From Camelus ferus (taxonomy: Eukaryota), in contig NC_045696.1 in assembly GCF_009834535.1 (NCBI RefSeq), positions 47,680,001-47,744,000 of the forward strand: a DNA stretch of 64,000 bases, given 5' to 3'. The notes under the pieces were generated by a model. The model did not search any database and had not been told where the DNA came from. It worked only from the letters and a program-made list of their open reading frames with translations. Positions 1 to 13,200 of the stretch are shown here, one piece after another. Both the position numbers and the translations under genes were made by a program. How positions within the stretch are numbered: position 1 is the stretch's first letter; each line of letters opens with the position of its first letter.

Positions 1-1135
1 TATGTGGATATGATACACAGAGTACATCAGACTTTCTGAGGGAGTGATTGACATATATTACGTATTTTTAAATGCATATACATGTCGGGTTAAATATGTA
101 TGAATCAAACTTTTTTTCAAAAATGTCTACTCAATAATTAAATCACTATTGTTCCACGAAAAAGAATACTGACTTTGTAAGGGATCCCAAAACAGGGTGT
201 TAGAGGATATTACTCTGTGATGTTACGTGGCATACTGATTGTCTTTACATTTTAAAAAAGCATTCTGCTATAAAGACAAGTTCATGTCAACTGGCTTTAT
301 AAAATACAGGTTGGTCACCTTTCATGCCTATCATTATGATGGCAAAAAAGTCAACAACCAGCTTTTTCTTTCTGAGGACTTTAAAGAGGCCTTTGCTTTT
401 CAATGAAGATTTCTATGGCATTTATTTAATATTAATTTTGATGAATGCAAAATTAACATTTCCAATTTAAATTTTGAGGAAAGTTATGGTTATACAGCAC
501 TTTATGGTTCACAAAAAAATGCTTAAAACTAGTAATTCTTCCCTAGAAATTTGTTTCTTGAAATTATCATGGATTTTAAAGTGTGACTTTACTTGACAAC
601 AGTGATTACTTTCAGTTTAACTTGCTTAACACCTGAGCTGGACAGCAAGTCAACCTTACCAATGAAAATAATGGTTTTGTAATATAGGCTTGCTATTTTT
701 ATTTTGCCCATATATAAGTGACACATTTATTTGAAATATATTCTATCTTAAACTGTAAGCAGTGCTAGAAAAGGGAAGGAATTAGAACCAATCCTCCAGA
801 GTTTAAATGGTAAAGGACACAGAGAAAATGAAGCTGGCAGCTGATCTCCTGGGAAGTTCTCTTCCTCATCCAATCAGACACTGAACTAATTTTTCACTCT
901 GTGCTTAGAAGTTTTAACATTACGTTAATATGTGCATACATGAAAATATGATTTTATAAATACTTTCCATTAGTTATGTTGGTTGGGGGATTTTGACCAT
1001 ATTATGCTTAATATTATAAAATATCACAGGTTGAGAAAGAGAAACTCACAAAATCACCAAATCTGCCTACTCAGAAATTAGAATGTTTTAACGTAGTGTA
1101 AGGATTTTAGCAAATAGAAAACCTTATTATCTTAC

Positions 1136-1200
1136 CTTCGCTTCTCTTGAAGAATCTTATGCTTTGCTTTTACATCTTCCGAAGCTTTTTGTAATACATC
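1136..1200 (-). CDS. MORC1: MORC1 exon 12 ([22 protein letters not shown])
   Basis: Acceptor gcttctccag, donor AAG|GTAAGA; 65 nt; coiled-coil character. Confidence 0.94.
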
Positions 1201-4200
1201 CTGGAGAAGCACATTTGGTTAGTGAGAGAACATAATGCCATTAAATTAATGAGCACTGAGCTGATATTTATTATCCTATTATCCAAAGGTTTCACAAGGG
1301 TAATAGTGATAGGTCACAGTGCCCAATGCAATTCTACCTGAGAAGATACTCAATAAATACTTGATAAATGATTACGTTCCAAAAGCTACGAAGACAAACC
1401 AAATTCTGGCCCACAGGTTCTCTTTCTGCACATATTCTGATGTCTTCTCTGTTTTTCAGAGAAAGAGACACTGCTCCCTGTAATGTCACAGTGGTTTTCA
1501 CACAAACTACATGAAAGCTTGGGAAAGCCATTCAATGTACCTAGACTCTGGCTTTGGTCTGTGAGAACATAAAATACTGAATCACGTGATCCACCACTAA
1601 GGCTTCTTTCGGGAGTGGGTGGAGATTACAATTAAAAAATTTGTCAAAGGCCAAAGAAAATGTCTCCTTTTTACCAAGTTCCATACTCCCCAAACTTTCC
1701 CTTGATAGGCAATCCCATCCCCCCACTTTCTCCCTCTCACAGGTCCTATACCAGTGCCCATCTGTCTTCCTTCTCTTTTAATTTGATATATTAGCTCATT
1801 CACTGCCCTATCTCCAGAATGTTCCCTCCAGTCAGGCAGAAAAGAAATTATGCATTATTACTATCTCACAAATAAGAACAGACTTTTAATGTACTGTATC
1901 CACCTGAAGTGAAAGATGGGCATCTCATTTGATGGGTATACCACTGACTGAACCTTGTTTTCACTGACTTTAAAGTAAAAGAAAATGGTAAATTGTTGGT
2001 GAGTATTTCACTTCAAATTCAACTACTCAACTGCCTAGAGGAATTTCAGAGGTCAAAAGCTGAGGTCATTCTACTTTGCTCTCTTCTCTGAGTTAAAGAA
2101 ACCAGTGTGCATCAGAGCATCAAAGCAAGCTGGTCAAAGACATCCCCACCCTTCCCGTCAATGCACTTAGAGCACCGAGCAAAGAGAGAGCGAGATGTAA
2201 AGTGCTAAGGGAAGAAGAAAGTGAGGTCCTGACCTATTAGAGTCTGTTTCTCTTGTCTCACAAATACATAAAGCCAAGGAAACTGATTTTTAGAGATGAA
2301 ATAAAGAAAGATTAAACTTTTCTTTAAAAATCAGTAACAATAAGATAGGTCTATATTTAACTTAAAAAGAAAATGAAAAGAAAAAGATAAAAGAGAATTT
2401 GGGGAAAGCCATGGACAGCTTTGGGGAATTAACATGTGCTACTCTTTAATTCCACCGCATATTCATGATCCTTAGATATGAGAGCTCTTTATCAGACACA
2501 GCTCTGGTCCTTGAAAGTTTAAGGACAAATTACAGAAAGAATTCATACAGTGAGTCTGTAGAAGAGGATGAAGAAAAGGTGAAGTGAAACATTTTTTTCT
2601 CCATACACCTCCTTCTACCACTGTATGCAAGCAAATAAATGTGTTGTGCAATGATTCACCATGGTAGAAAGCTTGGTACCATGTCTTGCTAAAAGTTAGC
2701 AAACTTACAATACATGTCCTGCAGCAATATTCTTTTTTTTTCCTAGTTGCTACGAACTATAATTAATAATAATAGTTCTTTATAACCTATCTTACTCATG
2801 GGCATAGCGCAAGGATTAAGAGGATGTTTATGGATTGTGTGGAGCAACTCATAAGAAAAGAGCTTTGTAAGCTGGAAGCACTGTTATTAATATTCATAAT
2901 TATAGCACATAACTCCTAGCACTGGAAAGAAGGATTGCTTATTAGTCTCCTCCTTGCTCTCCCCATTTATTTAGGTCCATAGGGAGCTATAATTTGAAAA
3001 GATATTTTCAAGGAGACTTGATAGGCTAGTTTTTTCTGCTAGCTTTTCATTATTTTCTCTTTTTCTCATATGACTCTTCATTTTAAAGACATGAGCTGTG
3101 ATGCTCTTCTCCACGGTTCCCAATTCACCCCACAATTTATTCATCTTCTCTCTCAATCTCAGCCTTCTCCTCACTCACCTTGCCGAGTTTTTGCTCCTTT
3201 CTCTGCACTCAGCTATTCTGTTTATCTGTGTTAAAATTAATCTTCTGAGTTTGCCTCTGTTTAAAAGTCTAGAAAGTAAGTGGTAAGAGACAACTGTGTA
3301 CAAGAAAAAGCAAATGACACTGTTTGCCATTTAAGAAGACTGACTCTCTATGTCCCACCTTGGCAGGAGAAGACAAGGAAGTTCTGTCAGAGTGGTTTGC
3401 TTCAATTTGTACTTCTTTCAGTGTGAGTTCAGCTAGAAACAAAATTAAGATAATAAAATGTCACTCTTTCAAGTATTTTTAAGTGAACATTTTAGTCATC
3501 TCTATAACTAGTAAGAATGGCTTAAAGATGATGATCTCGGAAAATCCTATATTCCTCCTATAGCTTTTATGCATTCCAAGAGCAGGTAGCCATCCTTGGC
3601 TTCCTCTAATGCACAACAGTTTATAGGGCACACACGTACACATACAAATTCAAAAGTCAGGTCTGAACATTTGGCCGACTGAAAACTCTCTAAAACCAAT
3701 GAAATATGGATAAAGAGCTACTCGTCACTCCAGGATCACTGGGAAAAAATGGTTTTGTCCTTCTGTGGAAGGAGTGAATGTATAGAACATTCCTTCTTAA
3801 AGCAGATGCAACACGAGTCTCTAAAATGATCTCACTCATCATCAGGACAACCAGGGTTTCTAAATATAACAATCTAGTTTCAAATGTGTACTTAGAGCTT
3901 GAATTATATTCATAATAATAAATAATATCATAACTAGATAAAACCAAAGATAGAAAATGTGTTAATGAAGTTCCTTAGAGGTAGGAATTACAACTGATTA
4001 ATTGTGGTTATTTCTACAATGCTTAGAGCAGGGTATGTCTCAGCATAATTGCTCACTTAATGTTTGCTGAATAAAGTAACAATAATGATGTAGCCCATAG
4101 GTAATTACATACCTATCTTTACTGCTTCTTCTGCCTTTTTAACTTCATTTTTAAATGTCCCTTTAAAAGATGATGTGACATACAGATACTTTCTGAAATG

Positions 4201-7200
4201 AAAAAAGAAAGAAGAATATAATCAAGTCAGATTATCATTTTAAAGTACATGATACAAAAATGTTCTTTAGGAAGACTATATATTCTAGAGATATGTAATT
4301 ATTAAGAGAAATTCATCAAGTAAGTGGCATTCAGTTGGTACATCAGCAAAGTTTATACCTGAGACAAATTTGTCTTTGAATACTTGGAAATTTAGCTTTT
4401 GCAAGGGAAATTCAGGAGAGAGATAAGAAAATCTCTGCCCACACAGATGTTCACTTATACATGTAAAATAGGATAATTTTCTCAAAAAAGAAGAATTTCT
4501 ATGCAATTGTTCCATTATCAAAGTTTCTGGTTAATATACATAGCCTTCTCACCCAGATCATCACTGACACTGGATAAACTGTTTCTCCCAGTCCCTAAAC
4601 AATTATCTCCGAGATGCTCAGAAACACACATTAAAATATCATTTTAAATAAAACACGTTTTGTACTTTATTGCTCAAGAAGCCTGTTTTCAAGGTCCAGT
4701 GTTTCACTGAGAGCAAAGACATTCCAGAACAATCAGGGAGGAGGAAATGTACATACACGTTCCCCACTCTCTCCAGAAACTCAAAGCGAGCAAAACAGGT
4801 GAGAGAAGCTCTGCAGAAAAGGGGTTCCCTGAAAGCAACTGAAACTATGTGTATCTGTTACAGATGATTCCAGGAAGGAGGACTGGGTTTAAATCATCAT
4901 GGAGAGAAAAAGTCCAGAACATTATTTGGTTTGAAAACGCACAAAGCTCTGTATATCTCACTCTATACTGTTTGCCTCATGCCCATGTAGACTCAGGAGC
5001 TTACCATTCTCCGATACCTTCAATGTCTAGAAAGCCATCAGATTTTCAGTGAGAGGTAGATGGGGACTTGTAGAACATCTCTTGAAGTCAAAACATTTTA
5101 AGACATATAAAAAGAAGCATTTGTTCAGGCAGAGGAGAGTCTAAATCTATATGCCCAATGAGTCTCTACCAGGGATAGATAAAATACTGCCCATGGGCCA
5201 AATTGAGCCAGTAGCTTGTTTTTGTCACAGTCTAAGACCTAAGAACGATTCTTCCACTTTAAAGGATTTAGGGGGAAAAAAGGAAAAAAATAAGAATATG
5301 CAAAAGAGACTGAACGTGTCCAGATATTTACTCTTGGGCACTTTACAGCAAAGGCTGACCGATCTCTAGAATCTAGGCTAATTGCAATGGCTTTTGAATA
5401 ATAGTTTGATCCAGAATTGCATTTCTGTGCTCTGACTTTTAAACAATGTAAGCAGTTAATGCAAATTCTTCACAATACAAACAGGTCACACAAAATTTAC
5501 ATGTTTGTTAGCTGGAATCTGTTTATACTTAAAGACTCTTCTATTATCTCAAAAGAAGCTGCACAGATATACTCAAGACAGAACACTGCCATGATTAATC
5601 ATTAAGAGTTGGACTACCTGTAGTCCATATACCTGGGTTAAAGACCTTGGTGTGCCCCTATACTAGTAGTGCAAATTACAAAAGACTGAGCAAATTACTT
5701 CACTTTCTGTGATTCCATTTCCTTATCTGTAAATGGAGATTAAAACAATGGTGTCTATCTCAAAGGGCTGATACGAGAATTAAAGGTGTCAACACAGCTC
5801 AAAAACTTAGAACAACGCTGGTTCATAGCAAGTACTTAATATGTGTTTTATTTAATAAATAACTTATAAAGTGTGTTTATTAGATGCATGCTTTAGAGGA
5901 AGTGTATATTTTAGAGGGAATATACATTGGAAATGAGGAAATAAAATGAGCAGCTGAATGATTTCCTTTTCTTTTAAGAATCTGAAAAATCTGTAGAAGT
6001 TTGCCCAATTAACTACATAAAAGGCTTAATGTTAAAAAACAACAACAATAAAACACACTAAATGTCATCCTATATTCATCTACTTCAATGGTTTAATGAA
6101 CAATTCAAGTTAAAGTAACTAACTGTGTATCTTCTCCTCTGACTTCATGTTCATTTTCAAATAAGATTATACAGTTAGCACAGGAAAGGAACACCTAAAA
6201 AATCTAAGGCAAAGTAATTCTCAGTTTATTCCCTTATTTTTCTTGCACACTGAACATTATCCATTTAAGTCATAACCTACATATATTTCAAATCACTTTC
6301 TGCTACATTTTGAGAATAGCAAAATCTAAGTTTTAAATAGGAAGTTACTGGTCATTATATACTAAAATTATCATTTTTTTAATTACATACTAATCTTATA
6401 ATCTGGTTTGAATTATTTAAATCAAATATTTTTCTAAAAAGTTAAAGTGAAATCAAGGAGAAACTGAACAATGAGTAATCTTTCAAAGATGATATGAATT
6501 ATACTATTCAAGCATTTTCATAGACTATGTGTTTACAGCCATAGAAGGTATGGGTGGCGTAAAAAGTGCCAACTCTGCATTAGTTGCTTAATTTTAAACA
6601 ACAAAAACCAAAAAAATGTGCTCTCATCATGGTTGGCATTGAGATAATCTGGTCCCAGATGATCTGCACACCCCAGATGACATTTTAAATTTTACAACTG
6701 CTCACAACAATTAAAGAATATGAGATATCTTAGAAATATGCATCACTTTGTAAATCCAGGGTAGTAAGTCTGCCATTCTTATAAAGTAAAGAATTTTGGG
6801 TCAAATTTCCGTCCACAATCAGAAGCCCTCATCAGCCTTGCACATTGTTTTTTCCTACTAGTGGACTCTGGAAGATAAAAATGCCTTTGAGAGCCAAAGT
6901 ACCACTACCACTGGAGGATAAGGAAGAAATCAATCCAGCTCCATCTGTTCCTCAGTCCTTGCAACACTCCTTGCAAGGGAATGGTGTCCCATCTAGAACT
7001 GGGCTTCTAGTTTCTCAGAGGTTAGAATTTTTCCAAACCCATTCCCCAAACTTTGTATTTACTTTACTTTTGCCCACAACCAAAGGCTATGGTCTCGCCT
7101 CCAACTTATTTCTATCTTCTAACTCTGCCTTGTCCTGCCACATTTTAGGTCTCCACGCCTCAAACATTTCACCTTTTACTTCCCTACTCTCTTCTATCAA

Positions 7201-10200
7201 TGAAATTGTATTCAAGTATTTTGCTTATGTCCCCTTTCTACATAAACCAATTGTTTGAATATTTTCTTTCTAAAAGAGCTTAAAAACATAAGGTCAATGA
7301 AAACTATTGAGGGAAATGAAAGTTAAAACAATACAAAAGTTTTGCTCCTTAGAATGGCAAAAATAAAATAAGAAAATACTATTAATAACAACCACACAAA
7401 AGCACACTCTTACACAACTGTTTGTGTAACAATAAATTGGTTCTACTTCTTGGAGGGTAAACTAACAGCACCATTAAAATTAATGATGTACCTATCCTCT
7501 GACCTAGAATTTGCTTCTGTAATATGCTCTATAGAAATAACACGCACAAGCATATGAGCATAAATATACATCTGTCTGACGGTGCCCAAGCATGTCCAGT
7601 TTAGCATTTTAATGATGAAAACCCTAAAAACCCTAAGTATACAGCAATAAAGAAATAGTTAAAGAGACCATAGAGTACTACACAATATATTTGACAAAGA
7701 CAGAGAAAGATCTCCAAGAGGTAATTTAAACTTTCATTGGCATTTAGTCCTCACATTTATAAAACTTCTCCAAAACATTTTGGATAATACAAAATAAAAT
7801 ATTTTTAAAAAAATTTATGTTGAAAAACATACTACAAGTAAAGAAAAGCAAAGTTATAAACTTGTGTTTATGCAGAAAAAATTAGCCCACGGTTATGAAT
7901 CACAACTACATTGTTAGTCACAATCATGATTATTTTCTTTTTTAAATTATTTGAGTTTATCCAATTTAGTCATACTGTAAAATAGTTACAATCCTTAATC
8001 ATTCATGAAAACATATAATGAGGCATGGTTAAGAACTCTGTGGCTAGTGTAATGCTGACAGCTAGACCTGGATGTCAAATAGGCCTCTCAAACTTACTAT
8101 GTCCAGAATAAGTGGGAAAAATCCCATTCATTGTTTTTCCCGACCCCGACACCGGGACCTCCGCTATCATTCCCAAGCTTTAGCTCAGGAAGGAATGTAG
8201 AAGGCTTTCACGACTCCTCATTTTCTCTCCACCGCACATCCAATCCATCAGCAAGTCTTGTTGGCTCTATCTCTACAGCATATCTGTAATCTGAACACTT
8301 CTAATTACTTCCAACACTACCACCCCAGCTCAAGCCACTATAATTTCTCACCTAGAATACAATAATGGTATCCTACATCATTTCCCTTCCTCCCTTCTTG
8401 CCCCTTAAAATCAGTTCTCTACTTAGCAGCTGCAATAATCTTTTAAAATAATAAATCAAGTAATGTCACTCCTCTCAAAAGTCTACATTCTTAATACGAC
8501 CACCTCTTCCCACCATGTTGCTGAAGATCCTACAGGATCTGCCGCCGTCTACCTCACCTCCTCCAGATCCCTGTGCTCTTGCTGTATTAGCTTTTTCCCC
8601 TTGCCTTTACTTGGTCTTCTCTTCCTGGAAACATCTCCCCATAAAATTCTTACATGACTCACTGTGGTATCCACCCTCCAAGACATCCTTCAATGGCTCT
8701 TACCTCCTGGTGTTCATGCCTTTGTGTAGTGCCCTCCCACACTGACTCTAGGCTGGCCTCTGTGACCAAAGGAATATAGAAGTGATGGTGTATGAATCTT
8801 GAGGCTAGGCTCTAAAAGACTGCAGTTTCTATTTAGTTTTTTTGAATTGCACACTCTGGTGGGAACCAGTCCCTGTGGCATTAAAATACTCAGGTAGGCC
8901 TGTGCAGTGGCCTTTGTAAAGAGGAACCAAACTGCCTGCCATGTGAGTCAGCCACCTTAGAAATGTGTCTTCTAGAAATCCTAGCCAAAATCTCTCAGCC
9001 ACCTCATGAGAGATATCAAAACAAAACCACCCTACAGAGCCACAATCAAATTACTGACCCATAGACACTGAGAAACAATAAATGGTTACTTCATTATTAA
9101 GCCACTAAATTTTTCGGGTGATCTGTTTTGCAGGGATAGATGATACTTTCGCTTTCTCAGTTTATTCAGCTCTGCTCAGAAGCTATTTATTTAAAAGTAA
9201 ATTCCTTCCTTAATTTCCTATCTAAAATAATCATCCAAAACCTCCCATCCAATAAAATCTCTATTTTTTTAAATCTACTTTGCGTTTCTTTTCTTGGCAC
9301 TTAAAATTACCCACAATTAATATTATTATTATTATTGTTGTGTTGTTACTATTATTTTGCTTATCATCTTTTCCACCACTAGAATGTAAGCTTTATGAGG
9401 GCAGGAATTTTTTGTTGCTGTTTGTACTAAATTCTAAATGCCTAGAAGACTGCCTCACACAGGATGGTCATTCCAACCATTTCTTATTATCCATCTGCAC
9501 AATATCAACTACTGCTTGCTCACAAATATTCTGGGAACTTAGCTGAGCATTGTTTAAAATAAAACATATTTTTATTTTAATCCTCACAACAACCCTGAGG
9601 GGCATTCCCAGTGCACACTGGAGAAGCATCAGGCTTAAGCAATTGCTGAAGATTCACAATTAGTAAATAAAATCAAAACTCAGATCCACGTTTGGCTGAT
9701 GTAAATTTCAATTTCAACCACTTTCCTATATTGAAAGATTAAATAATTTAAGATCATACAAACTTACGAAGGGATACATAAGATGCACAGTTTACGAAGG
9801 AGACACTTTTAAAATACTATTAGTCTATCTAGGTGGATGTGATGTGAGGCGGTGGGGAGCATCCCTAAAACTGAAGACCACCTCAGAAACACAGAGTGGC
9901 AGGGTATTCAGCAGCAGACTATAAACTTAGTGTCCCTAAATAACTTAAAAAGGACCACGGTGCGCCTGTGAAAGCAGGAGGACTCCAATTCCGTATCACT
10001 TGGGCTCCTTTCAATGTTATAAGTCCACAACAAAGCAGTGTTAATGAGGAATGGAGATCTTCAAATACACTTCGAATCTGTCTCCCTTAAAGAGCTTTCA
10101 AAAATGACCATTCTATGTTCTTCCTTAGTCCTAACGTGCAGAGATTTTAATGCCTGCATAAATCTGAGAGTTATTTCTCTATTAAACCTAAAGAAGTCAA

Positions 10201-13200
10201 AGCCAAAGAAAATCAGTAATGTCTGTTGCCTAAGATCAAGTTGCATAAAATCAAGTCCATATTATATAAACAACACTTAACACGCAAATAATTACAGACT
10301 TCTAAAATCTTTAAGTTGAAAAAAACTTAGAAATCACCCAGCTGAAACTCTTCCCCAAATAATAATTCTTTCTACAATCCAGGCTCTTCCCTAGACAAAG
10401 CTGTCTTCGTCTTGGATGGGTGTGTCTTCCACTGCTGAAGAGCATGATCATTAATCTCATGCCACACTCATGGCTCTCTCTGAATTGCTATACCTCGTGT
10501 CATGTGTCTGGAGAAACTAAATTTGCCATCTTAAACATACTGGATTTGGTATCCTGGGTATTAAATTGGCTAAGTGGACCAAGCACTGGTGTTCAACCAA
10601 AGGAAGCTATGTGAGCAATCAAACCAACCTCCACTTCTGGTGTGTCTTGTCCCCAAATTCTGCCCAATAAGGAAGCTTTGAATTTGATGGTGGAAAACCC
10701 AGTGTTGGAGGAGCAAGTACTAGGTACACAGAGCAAAGTCAGTTCAGCAGAGCCCAGGGATGTTCTGAGCAAAACTGGGCTGTTCTTTAAAACAACTGAG
10801 TCATGGAAAAACTGAGACAAAGGAGAAATTAAGGGGACTGTATGGTGCCCTTCTCCTTGACTTCTCTGAATATACTTATGCTAAATACCAATTGAAAAAG
10901 GTAATCTGTGTGTCTCTGCCTTGCAAAAACAGCCTAACACATGCTGAGCTAGCTCCAACTGTCTTCTACTTCTATCCAGCCATCCAAGTTCTACCCTCTA
11001 GACTTCCAACCATCCTATGACAGTCTGTCACATTTCACTCAGGCCTTAAGTCTTCTCTTGCCCATGGCGTAATGCTCAATTCCATCAATGAAGCTAGCAC
11101 GGGCTTTGAAGGAATTTGGACATCCTCCTCCAGGCATGGCACAAGCAGGATATGGTTTATTAGTGCTATCACCATCTTATTCTGCTCACTAAGTTCCATA
11201 AACATTTTTAGCAACCCTGTTACACTGTCAGCTTATACGAAGCATGTTGTCAGTGACAACATATTTTTTATGTAAATTAGTGTCCAGTCTAGTATATTAA
11301 CACAATATGATTTTTAAAATCTAAATTCAGGTCTGTATGTTATATTACATTTATATTTTGTACTTCAACTCTTTCACATCTTGTTCATATTATGCCTGAT
11401 ATAAGATATCCCTCCTAGTTCAGGGTCAACTATGAATTTAAACCATGTGCTTTTTATCCAAGTTACTGATAAAAATACTGAACAGAATATGATTAAAGAA
11501 GGAGACACCAAAAATTTCCCTCTAGTCCTCTTCTGAACTTGTTATAGACATTGGGGAAAAGGAGCTACAACTGTAACTCCACCCACACAATTAAAATCCA
11601 GTGTTCTTTTTGCTACAAAAATATACAGAAATGGCTGACCATGAAGTATAGTCATGTATTCTTATCAATAATACTTCAGGGTGCATTTCTAGAAGTTTAT
11701 TGGTGCCTGGGTGGTCAAGTAGACAGAGTATTTAATCATTGTAATATATTTTAAATGCCTCTACTCTGATCAAATAGGGTCATCACCAGCTCTTAATTTG
11801 TTCTGATATAGCCATTAGAGCTATAGTGCCTTTTAGGAAGGAAATAAAGTAAGGGTTACCCCACTAGGGGTGAGATAACATGAAGAGAACTCCAAGTATT
11901 TCTTAACACAAAATTATTGCCACCAGAGAACCTGTGAGGAAAACAATATGCAAGTAAATAAGGCAAATGGAGAGAAAAGTAAGCCTAAGGGATAATACCA
12001 TGAAAGATTAAATCTGTCCCGACTGTATATCCCAAATATCAGATTTAACAGTTTATCAGAGCTCCATACACCACCTGGCAAAGGTTCAAGCCTCATTAAA
12101 TATCTTTTAGGGAACAAGATAAATATATTATATCTACTTTCTGGTAAGATAGGTCTAAGAATATTACTTCAAAATGTGAATAAAAAATATACTAGAATGT
12201 GAAACAGCCATCACTTGAGATAATTAATTTAGGCAGATAAAATTCAATTTAATAAAATTCCCTCAGGCAAAAAATAATTTTAAAAAAATGAATAAATAAA
12301 TAAAAATAAAATTCTCTCAGAAAATAGAGACAAATCCACATTTTCCGTTGGCTTAAAACATTTTTTACCCAAACTGAGAGGAATAATTTAATTTGAAAAG
12401 ATCAGCTCTATTGATTGATCCAGAAGATCTGTGGTACCTCCCAGAAGAATGAGACTGATGAAAAGGAAGTACCACTCTGATATGAATTAGGGAACAAACA
12501 GATTTACAGAGTAAGTCTCAGGCTTGGTATACTTCATTTTTCAAAATGTGATCTGTAGTATAGCCAGAAATCAAAAATAGTTCTCGAGGAATTCATTGGT
12601 ATGTGGTCAAGGCACTCAATTCAGAGATCCATAATTTTTAATATTAATATTGATATGAGTGACTGCAAGGCCCCAGGACAGCAACTACTTTTTCATGAAA
12701 ATAAGACAACATAACAAATGTGGGTCTATTACAAAGAATTATTGTTGTATAGGAGAAGGAAGATGAAATTTGAATTGGTAAGGAATCAAGAACCAGAAGA
12801 TTTGAGTTCTTGTCCAGTTCCAACATTTATTTATTTCTAAAATGATGATAAAACCTAACACCAGGGTCATGGCAAAAATCAAATAAAATAATGCATATAA
12901 AAAGGCACATACAGAGAAAAAGTTCAAGCATTAAATGTTCCTCTCAGTAGACAGTAAACTCCTGAAAATATAACTAATCTTATCTGTCTATGCTTTGTAC
13001 CTAGCACAACCTCAGATGAATAGAAGATTTCAATAAATGTTTAGTGAATAAATGAATGACCACTCAGAAACTACACACCAAAAAAAAAAAAACTGTTCTG
13101 GCTGCACACACAGTTGGGCAAGATAAGTTATATAATATGCAAATGTCAGTTTAAAAACCTTATGCTAAAATATTACAGGTAAGTAAAATATAAACGAACC

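Noticed and set aside
6845..7258. 137-aa plus-strand ORF in intron 9
   Set aside because: It starts at a non-ATG codon, has no recognisable domain or splice support, and its length is compatible with chance.
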